In this document: one piece after another, positions 57,402-64,000 of the stretch
Layout: each line of letters opens with the position of its first letter
Position numbering within the stretch: the first letter of the stretch is position 1
NCBI GenBank assembly: GCA_045114235.1
Contig: JBGUKB010000068.1
Coordinates: 15,606 to 79,605 of the forward strand
Source of the DNA: Victivallales bacterium
GTDB lineage: Bacteria; Verrucomicrobiota; Lentisphaeria; Victivallales; UBA1829
Direction: 5' to 3'
DNA: 64,000 nt
Notes under the pieces: generated by a model
What the model saw: the letters and a program-made list of their open reading frames with translations, nothing else
Database searches by the model: none
Told to the model about the DNA's origin: nothing
Translations under genes and position numbers: made by a program

Positions 57402-58421
57402 ATGAAGTCGAAACTGATCGAAAAAGCATGGTTCCGGATGCTCCCGCTCATCCTCGGCGGCGTCCTGCTGCTCCTGATCGCCGCGGGCGCGGCGGTCACG
57501 ATACGCTGGCGCATGTCCGCGAAGGAGGCCGCCGACCCGGTCCTGCTCGGTGAACCGGTCTATGAGCTCGCGGAAGGCGAAGAGCCGACCATCGGAACGC
57601 ATTTTAACGCCGTCCTGAAATACCGCTTGCCGTGGTCCGACTCGTTCAAGCTCGCCGCCGCCGAACCGGGCAAGAATCTTCAGCTCACCTCGGACCCGTC
57701 GTTCCGCCGTTCTCGCATCCGCTGGGGATACTCCGACTGGGAACTCGTGATCCCGCTTCAGGCGTACCGCGGCGGGGAATCCGGCGGAGGGTCGGTCCTT
57801 GCCGAGTTCTTCGCGGGGAAGAGCATCGAAACGCCCCTGCCCGAACTGAAGGTCGCCGACCTGGTGCTGCCGCTGGACGACAACGGCACCGACCTTTCGC
57901 TGGCGCCGCGCATCGAAGTTCGCGACAAAAGAGTCTCCTGGCTGATCGCGGGCATCGTCGCGGCGGCCGTCATCCTCGTTTCTCTGGCCGTCTGGGCGCT
58001 TCTGGCGCACAAAAAACGCGAAGCCGCCAAACACGTCAAGACCATCTGGGAACACGCCCTGGAGGCCATCCAATTGCTCCGGGCGCAGGTCAGCGGCGGC
58101 ATGGCGTCGCCCGAACTCGCCATCGCCGGACTCACCGACATCGTCAGGCATTATCTGGAGGCGCGGTTCCGCCTGCGCGCCGAACGTCAGACCACAGCGG
58201 AGTTCCTGGCGGACCTGGAGCGGAACGACAAGCTGCTTGAGGACAAGGACCGGAAGTTCCTGCGTTCGTTTCTGGCGTCCGCCGACATGGTGAAGTTCGC
58301 GCGCATGCCCGCCGATCCGCGCCTCTTCGAACAGGCGTCCGAAAAGGCGGAGGATCTCGTCTCCGGCACGATCCCGCGACAAGACGGCGACCTGCCGGCC
58401 AATGGAGGGACCCGCAAATGA
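57402..58421 (+). CDS. BatI-operon membrane protein (DUF4381/BatD-like)
   Basis: Two TM segments; C-terminal LTDIVRHYLE.RF....ERQTTAEFL and ADMVKFA. Confidence 0.7.
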   Translation: MKSKLIEKAWFRMLPLILGGVLLLLIAAGAAVTIRWRMSAKEAADPVLLGEPVYELAEGEEPTIGTHFNAVLKYRLPWSDSFKLAAAEPGKNLQLTSDPSFRRSRIRWGYSDWELVIPLQAYRGGESGGGSVLAEFFAGKSIETPLPELKVADLVLPLDDNGTDLSLAPRIEVRDKRVSWLIAGIVAAAVILVSLAVWALLAHKKREAAKHVKTIWEHALEAIQLLRAQVSGGMASPELAIAGLTDIVRHYLEARFRLRAERQTTAEFLADLERNDKLLEDKDRKFLRSFLASADMVKFARMPADPRLFEQASEKAEDLVSGTIPRQDGDLPANGGTRK

Positions 58422-59458
58422 AACTCGAATATCCCTGGCTGCTTCTGCTGTTCATCCCGTACGCGATCGTGCTGTATTACGCCTGGACGCTCCGCGCGCC
58501 GTCGATCCGCGTCCCGGGCCTGGCTCCGTTCCGGCGCGCCGCGGGAAAAAAAGGCCGCCGCGTGAACTGGCGCAAACTGATCCCGTTCGCGCTCTTCGCG
58601 CTCGGCGGAGCCGCCATGATCGTCGCGCTGGCGCAGCCCCGCGAAGGGATCGAGGAAGTCCGCTCGAAGGCGGACGGCATCGACATCATGATCGCGTTCG
58701 ACCTGTCGCCCAGCATGGACGCGTACGACCCGCCCGCAAGAAACCTCACCGACACGCAGATCATCAACATGATCCAGCGCGGCACGCTCAAAAACCGCGT
58801 CGAGACCGCCAAGGAGGAGATCGCCCGGTTCATCGAGGAGCGCCCGAACGACCGCATCGGCCTGATCGCGTTCGCCAGCCTGCCCTATGTGGTGTGCCCG
58901 CCCACGCTGGACCATGCGTTCCTGCTTGCCAACCTGGAACGCCTCTCCTCGCGCCAGATCGGCGACGGCACCGGGATCGCGGCGCCGATCGCCAGCGCGG
59001 TAAAGCGCCTGAAGAATTCCGACGCGAAAAGCCGCATCCTGGTGCTGTTCACCGACGGCTCGAACACGGTCAACGGGCAAATTTCGCCGCGCGACGCCGG
59101 CAAGCTCGCCGACACGTTCGACATCACCATCTACACGGTCGGCATCGGATCGCGCATCGCCAGGATCCCGGTTCAGAGCCTCCTCGGCGGCGTCATCCTC
59201 CAGAACTACCCGGACGAGTTCGACGAGCCGCTGCTGCGCGAACTCGCGGACATGACCGGGGGACGCTACTACCGCGCCGCCGACGCCAAGGGCATGGCGC
59301 AGGCCATGGACGAGATCAACAAGCTGGAAAAAACGAGCGTGGAACAGCCCGTCGTGGTCAACTGGCGCGAACTCTACCCGTTCTTCTGCTGGTTCGGACT
59401 CGGCGCGATCCTGCTCGGGTTCTGCCTCCGCCAGACGGTCTGCCTGAGGCTGCCCTGA
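58418..59458 (+). CDS. batA: BatA-like vWA domain protein
   Basis: N-terminal TM, MIDAS DLSPSM, DRIGLIAFA, PPTLD, GDGTGI, LFTDG, IYTVGIG, TGGRYYRA and a C-terminal TM. Confidence 0.9.
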   Translation: MKLEYPWLLLLFIPYAIVLYYAWTLRAPSIRVPGLAPFRRAAGKKGRRVNWRKLIPFALFALGGAAMIVALAQPREGIEEVRSKADGIDIMIAFDLSPSMDAYDPPARNLTDTQIINMIQRGTLKNRVETAKEEIARFIEERPNDRIGLIAFASLPYVVCPPTLDHAFLLANLERLSSRQIGDGTGIAAPIASAVKRLKNSDAKSRILVLFTDGSNTVNGQISPRDAGKLADTFDITIYTVGIGSRIARIPVQSLLGGVILQNYPDEFDEPLLRELADMTGGRYYRAADAKGMAQAMDEINKLEKTSVEQPVVVNWRELYPFFCWFGLGAILLGFCLRQTVCLRLP

Positions 59459-59603
59459 GGAGGCTGAGCCTCTACTGCGGAAGCGCCGTGCCGCGTTCCG
59501 GCACAAAAAAACATCCTCCCCTGTCTGTTTTTTCCGATGCGCGGAGCTTTAGCTCCGTTTCCTTTTCCTATTGATAAAAGGGACGTTCTTTTATGTTTTG
59601 CGC

Positions 59604-59632
59604 TTGACATTCACGGGGACTGTCGCTATATT
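59604..59632 (+). promoter_or_regulatory. sigma70 promoter of the topA operon
   Basis: TTGACA-17 bp-TATATT. Confidence 0.75.
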
Positions 59633-59720
59633 AATAGAATAAGCAAAAGCAACCCTGCCGGGACCGGAGCGGACCAAGGAAAAACCGCGCGGATTTCCGG
59701 CATTTCCCGGAGTATACAGC

Positions 59721-62270
59721 ATGAGCAAACAACTGGTTATCGTGGAATCCCCTGCGAAAGCGCGCACTATCGGCCGGATCCTGCCGTCCGAATACATCAT
59801 CAAGGCCTCGATGGGCCATATCCGCGACCTGCCCGAAAACTCGTTCGGCGTGGACATCGAGCACAATTTCGCGCCGCAGTACGAGGAAAGCAAGGCGCGC
59901 GGACACAACCTCGGCGAACTCAAGACCGCCGCGAAGAGCGCGGAAGACATCTATCTGGCGTCGGACCCTGACCGCGAAGGGGAAGCCATCGCTTGGCATC
60001 TTCAGGAAGTCCTGCGCAAGATCAACAAGAAGGCGCGCTTCCACCGCGTCTCCTTCCACGAGATCACCCGCAGCGCCATCAACCGCGCATTCCAATCGCC
60101 CGGCGAAATCGACATGAACCGCGTGGACGCCCAGCAGGCGCGCCGCGTGCTCGACCGCATCGTCGGCTATCAGATCAGCCCGCTGCTGTGGTCGCGCATC
60201 GAACGCGGCATCAGCGCAGGGCGCGTGCAATCCGTGGCGCTCCGCCTGGTCTGCGAACGCGAACGCGAGATCCTGGCGTTCATCCCGAAGGAATACTGGA
60301 TCTTCGAGGCGCTATTCCATCCGGAAACCACCCCGGGACGTTCCTTCCGCGCGAAACTCGCGAAAGTCGACGGCAAAAACGCCGACGTGGCGAACAAGGA
60401 ACAGGCGGAAGCTCTTCGCAAGCTCATCGACGATGCCTCCGCCTGGCGCATCGCCGATCTGGAAACTACGCCCCGCCGCAAGTTCGCCCCGCCGCCGTTC
60501 ATCACCAGCACGCTCCAGCAGGCAGCCAGCTCCGCCATGGGGTTCACCGCGAACCAGACCATGCAGACCGCGCAGCAGCTTTATGAAGGCATCACGCTCG
60601 ACAACGGCCCCGTCGGCCTCATCACCTACATGAGAACCGACGCGGTGAACATCGCCATCGAAGCGCAGGCCGCGTGCCGCGCCTATATCGAGGCGGCGTT
60701 CGGCGCAGACTATGTCCCGCAGAAGCCCAACATCTACAAATCCAAGGCGAACGCGCAGGCGGCGCACGAGGCGATCCGCCCCACCGACGTCAACCTGACC
60801 CCGGACAAGCTCCGTCCGTTCCTGAACCCGGCCCAGCTGAAACTCTACACGCTGATCTGGCGCCGTTTCGTGGCGTGCCAGATGAATCCGGCCCTGCTCG
60901 AAACGACCACCGTCACCGTGGAAAACGCCGCGCCCGCGCCGCACGTCTTCTCATTCCGCTCCTCCGCGACCGTGACCAAGTTCCCCGGATTCCTCGCCGT
61001 CTACAACATCAAGGACGAAACGCACACGGCGGAAGACGACCAGGACGAATCCGCGCCCGATCCCGAACTCCTCGGCATGCTCCGCAACGGCACGAACTGC
61101 GATCTCGCCGGATGCAAGCCCGAACAGAAGTTCACCGAGCCCGCCCCGCGCTACTCCGAAGCCACGCTCATCAAGGAACTAGAATCCAACGGCATCGGCC
61201 GTCCGTCCACGTACGCCACGATCGTGAACACCATCCAGGTCCGCAAGTACGTGAACCGCGAAAAAGGCAAGCTCATCCCGACCGAACTCGGATTCCGCGT
61301 GAACGACTATCTCGTGAAGTCGCTCCCCGAGCTCTTCCAGGTCGGATTCACCGCCGACATGGAAAAGAAGCTCGACAACGTCGAGGACGGCGAGGTCGAA
61401 TGGACCGCCATGCTCCACGATTTCTACGGTATCTTCTCCGAATGGCTCAAGGGCGCGAAGTTCGCCGACGCCCCGGACGACGACAAGGCCGCGGCCCTCA
61501 TCGGCATCCTCGCCGGATTCCAGGGCTGGGAAAAGCCGGTCGTCCAGCCCGGCGCGAAACGCCCGTTCAACGAAAAGACCTTCTTCAACTCCGTCGTCTC
61601 CAAGAAGCAGTCCGGCGTCCCGGTCACGGTCAAGCAGTGGAACGCCCTCCTCTCCATCGCGGCGAAGTACCGCGACAAGCTCCCCGGCCTGGAGGAAGCC
61701 GCCGCGAAGTACGGTTTCACCGGCGAACTCAACGACGCGCAGGCGAAACTGAACGCGCATCTGCAGGCGATCCGGGAACGCCAGGCCGAACAGGCCGAGA
61801 CCCCGAAATTCGAAGCCGATCCGCGTCTGGAAGCGGTATTCCAGGCGGCGGAAAAGGTCAAGTGGAACAAGGCCGAACGCATCCGCGGCCGCGTGTACGA
61901 CGACGCCGCGTTCGTGGAATCCCTCCGCAAGCAGTACAAGGCAGGCAAGACGCTCAGCGCCAAGCAGATCGCCGCGCTCCTCCGCGTCATCCGCAAGTAC
62001 CCCGGACAGTTCCCCGAAGGCGAACTCGCCCCCGCGACGCCCGCCCCCGAGCAGAACCCCGCCGCGAAAGCGCAGATCGACGCCCTGCTGAACGCGTTCA
62101 AGTCGTTCGAAAGCTGGAACGAACCCACGGTCCGCCGCGGACGCACGTTCAGCGACCGCGACTTCATCGCCTCGCTCGCCAAGCAGCACGCCTCCGGCAA
62201 GGTTCTCAGCGAAAAGCAGGTCGCCGCGCTGGAACGCATGGCCGCCAAGTATAACCTGAAACCGGTATGA
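59721..62270 (+). CDS. topA: DNA topoisomerase I with atypical Cys-free repeated C-terminal domain
   Basis: VIVESPAKA, SMGHIRDLP, ASDPDREGEAI, SAGRVQS, AQQLYEG, ITYMRTD, AHEAIRPT and GIGRPSTYA. Confidence 0.97.
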   Translation: MSKQLVIVESPAKARTIGRILPSEYIIKASMGHIRDLPENSFGVDIEHNFAPQYEESKARGHNLGELKTAAKSAEDIYLASDPDREGEAIAWHLQEVLRKINKKARFHRVSFHEITRSAINRAFQSPGEIDMNRVDAQQARRVLDRIVGYQISPLLWSRIERGISAGRVQSVALRLVCEREREILAFIPKEYWIFEALFHPETTPGRSFRAKLAKVDGKNADVANKEQAEALRKLIDDASAWRIADLETTPRRKFAPPPFITSTLQQAASSAMGFTANQTMQTAQQLYEGITLDNGPVGLITYMRTDAVNIAIEAQAACRAYIEAAFGADYVPQKPNIYKSKANAQAAHEAIRPTDVNLTPDKLRPFLNPAQLKLYTLIWRRFVACQMNPALLETTTVTVENAAPAPHVFSFRSSATVTKFPGFLAVYNIKDETHTAEDDQDESAPDPELLGMLRNGTNCDLAGCKPEQKFTEPAPRYSEATLIKELESNGIGRPSTYATIVNTIQVRKYVNREKGKLIPTELGFRVNDYLVKSLPELFQVGFTADMEKKLDNVEDGEVEWTAMLHDFYGIFSEWLKGAKFADAPDDDKAAALIGILAGFQGWEKPVVQPGAKRPFNEKTFFNSVVSKKQSGVPVTVKQWNALLSIAAKYRDKLPGLEEAAAKYGFTGELNDAQAKLNAHLQAIRERQAEQAETPKFEADPRLEAVFQAAEKVKWNKAERIRGRVYDDAAFVESLRKQYKAGKTLSAKQIAALLRVIRKYPGQFPEGELAPATPAPEQNPAAKAQIDALLNAFKSFESWNEPTVRRGRTFSDRDFIASLAKQHASGKVLSEKQVAALERMAAKYNLKPV

Positions 62271-62923
62271 GCCGTGTTTGCCGCATCAGCCGCACCAGGA
62301 GAGCCGTTCTCTTCTGGGCGGCGGCGGCCCTGATCGCCGCGCTGGAGGCAGTCCTGACCGCCGGATGGCTGGTCGGCAAGACTTCGGCGCGCATTTATTC
62401 CTCCGCGAACGGCATCCCGGCCCGCAAGGTCGGGATGGTCCTTGGTTGTCCCGAATATTCCTATGGACGTCCCAGTCCCGTGCTCGCGGGGCGGCTCCTG
62501 GCGGCGGCGGAACTCTACCACGCGGGCAAGGTACAAATACTGGTCGTGTCGGGAGCCGACTATTCCGAACGTTTTTATAACGAAATCCCCGCCATGACGC
62601 GCGGACTGGTCGCGCTGGGCGTACCGGAGGTCGCCATCATCGGCGACAACAAAGGACTCCGCACGCTCGACTCGATCCTCCGCATGCGGGACGTCTTCGG
62701 ATGCGACGACTTCATCACAATCTCCCAGCGGGACCACTGTGAACGCGCGCTTTATCTGGCAGACCACCACGGCATCTCGACCATCGGGTACGAGGCGGAA
62801 ATATCGTCGGGACTGTATTTGGACGAATGGCTCGAATCCGCGATCCGTGTCCCGCTCTCCAACGTGAAGGCCATCCTGGATGTCGCGATCGACCGGCGTG
62901 CGAAATATCCGACCGAACGCTAA
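62267..62923 (+). CDS. sanA: SanA/DUF218 family protein
   Basis: N-terminal TM, GMVLG, RLLAAAELY..GKV, VSG, YNE..AM, GLRTLDSILR and ISQRDHCERALY. Confidence 0.88.
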   Translation: MSRVCRISRTRRAVLFWAAAALIAALEAVLTAGWLVGKTSARIYSSANGIPARKVGMVLGCPEYSYGRPSPVLAGRLLAAAELYHAGKVQILVVSGADYSERFYNEIPAMTRGLVALGVPEVAIIGDNKGLRTLDSILRMRDVFGCDDFITISQRDHCERALYLADHHGISTIGYEAEISSGLYLDEWLESAIRVPLSNVKAILDVAIDRRAKYPTER

Positions 62924-62955
62924 TCTCAAATAAACGGACAAGGAGAAGGCAAACG

Positions 62956-63681
62956 ATGAATCCTGTTTCCGATACGGTATTGATCCTCGCTGCGGGCGGA
63001 GCGTCCACCCGGTTTGGCGGCGGCTCCAAGCTCTTCGCCGAGCTCGACGGCATCCCGGTTTTCCTTCATGCAATCCGCACCGCCGCGTCCGTGCTGACGC
63101 CCGGTTCGATCATTTTATCTGTTCCGACTGCCGCCGAGGCGGATTTCCGTGCCGCGGCGGAAACATATCTCCCTGACGTACCGCTTCATTTCACGCACGG
63201 CGGCGCGACCCGGACGCTGTCCGTCCTGAACGCCCTCGAAGCGGCGGCAAATCTCGGCGAATCGCATTTTCAACTCGCCGCGGTCCACGACGCCGGACGC
63301 CCGATGCTCACCCTGGAACTCCTGCTGGCGTGTCTGGACGCCGCGCGGCTTCACGGCGGCGCGATGGCATGCCGCAAGGTCGCCGAAACGGTGAAGCGCA
63401 TCACCCCGGAGGGGTTCCTCGGCGAGACCGTCCCGCGCGACGAGCTCCGCACGGCGGAAACGCCGCAGGTATTTCATTTCGAACCGCTTCTGGATGCCTA
63501 CCGCCGCGCCGCCGCGTCCGGCGAAGTCTTCACCGACGACGCGCAGGTCATGGAACGGTTCGCCCCGGTCCGCGTGTTCCCGGTCGAACACGATTTCCCG
63601 AATCCGAAGATCACGTACCGTCCCGACCTGGAACTCTGCCGCACGCTGCTGCGTCTCCGCCGCGAGGAAACCGGCGCATGA
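62956..63681 (+). CDS. ispD: 2-C-methyl-D-erythritol 4-phosphate cytidylyltransferase
   Basis: ILAAGG.STRFG...KLF, GGATRTLSV.NAL, VHDAGRP, ETPQVF, TDDA and NPKITY..DL. Confidence 0.92.
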   Translation: MNPVSDTVLILAAGGASTRFGGGSKLFAELDGIPVFLHAIRTAASVLTPGSIILSVPTAAEADFRAAAETYLPDVPLHFTHGGATRTLSVLNALEAAANLGESHFQLAAVHDAGRPMLTLELLLACLDAARLHGGAMACRKVAETVKRITPEGFLGETVPRDELRTAETPQVFHFEPLLDAYRRAAASGEVFTDDAQVMERFAPVRVFPVEHDFPNPKITYRPDLELCRTLLRLRREETGA

Positions 63682-64000
63682 AGCCGAAGGCAAAAACAGC
63701 CTCCGTTCCCTCATCCGGCAAAGCCTCCGCGCGCCGCCGGAATCATCTATATTTCCCGGTCGTCCTGGCTCTGCTCGCCCTGCTCGCCGTCGTGCTCCGC
63801 ATTATCATGTCAGTCGAGGTCGTCCATACGGATCCCTTCGCGTACAATCCGCCGGACGTGACGGACATGGCGACATATCATGCGCTGTCCCGAGGCATCC
63901 TGAACGGCCAATTCCCGGCGGAATTCGTGTACCAGCCGTTTTATTACACGGTCTTCCTCCCGGCGGTGAAATTCCTGTTCCGCTCCGAATACATGAGCGT
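63678..64000 (+). CDS. membrane protein, probably GT-C fold (ArnT/PMT-like) glycosyltransferase, 5' partial
   Basis: Manual translation MKPKAK...FPVVLALLALLAVVLRII...DMATYHALSRGILNG...YQPFYYTVFL; coupled to the ispD stop; runs off window end. Confidence 0.55.
   Translation, partial: MKPKAKTASVPSSGKASARRRNHLYFPVVLALLALLAVVLRIIMSVEVVHTDPFAYNPPDVTDMATYHALSRGILNGQFPAEFVYQPFYYTVFLPAVKFLFRSEYMS

Overview
GC-rich (~60-65%) bacterial chromosomal segment. It is probably from an anaerobic PVC-superphylum organism (Lentisphaerae/Victivallales-like); this is inference from gene content, not verified. Most of the window is housekeeping: mtaB (partial), proA, asnB, recD2, AICARFT-only purH, tmk, holB, trmO, ispH, icd, dapB, purL, tadA, gatAC, PPi-PFK, tRNA-Thr, coaD, membrane PPase, glnS, fused greA, uxaC, a moxR-DUF58-BatA cluster, topA and ispD. 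The most unusual items are five. (1) A hybrid-cluster-protein (Hcp) homolog that keeps its N-terminal 4-Cys cluster motif and a near-consensus promoter but has lost five of the hybrid-cluster ligands. (2) A tandem pair of membrane-anchored Sel1-repeat genes bracketed by three 16-8-16 bp perfect palindromes in inverted arrangement, with 19-bp iteron-like repeats and a REP-like unit nearby. (3) An intact IS66-TnpC-derived ORF lacking its catalytic core and zinc-finger cysteines. (4) A TopA whose C-terminal zinc ribbons are replaced by three Cys-free repeats. (5) A WaaP-like kinase / Pol-beta-type nucleotidyltransferase / AlkP-family / GT2 cluster. All family assignments come from motif recognition by eye; no database searches were run.
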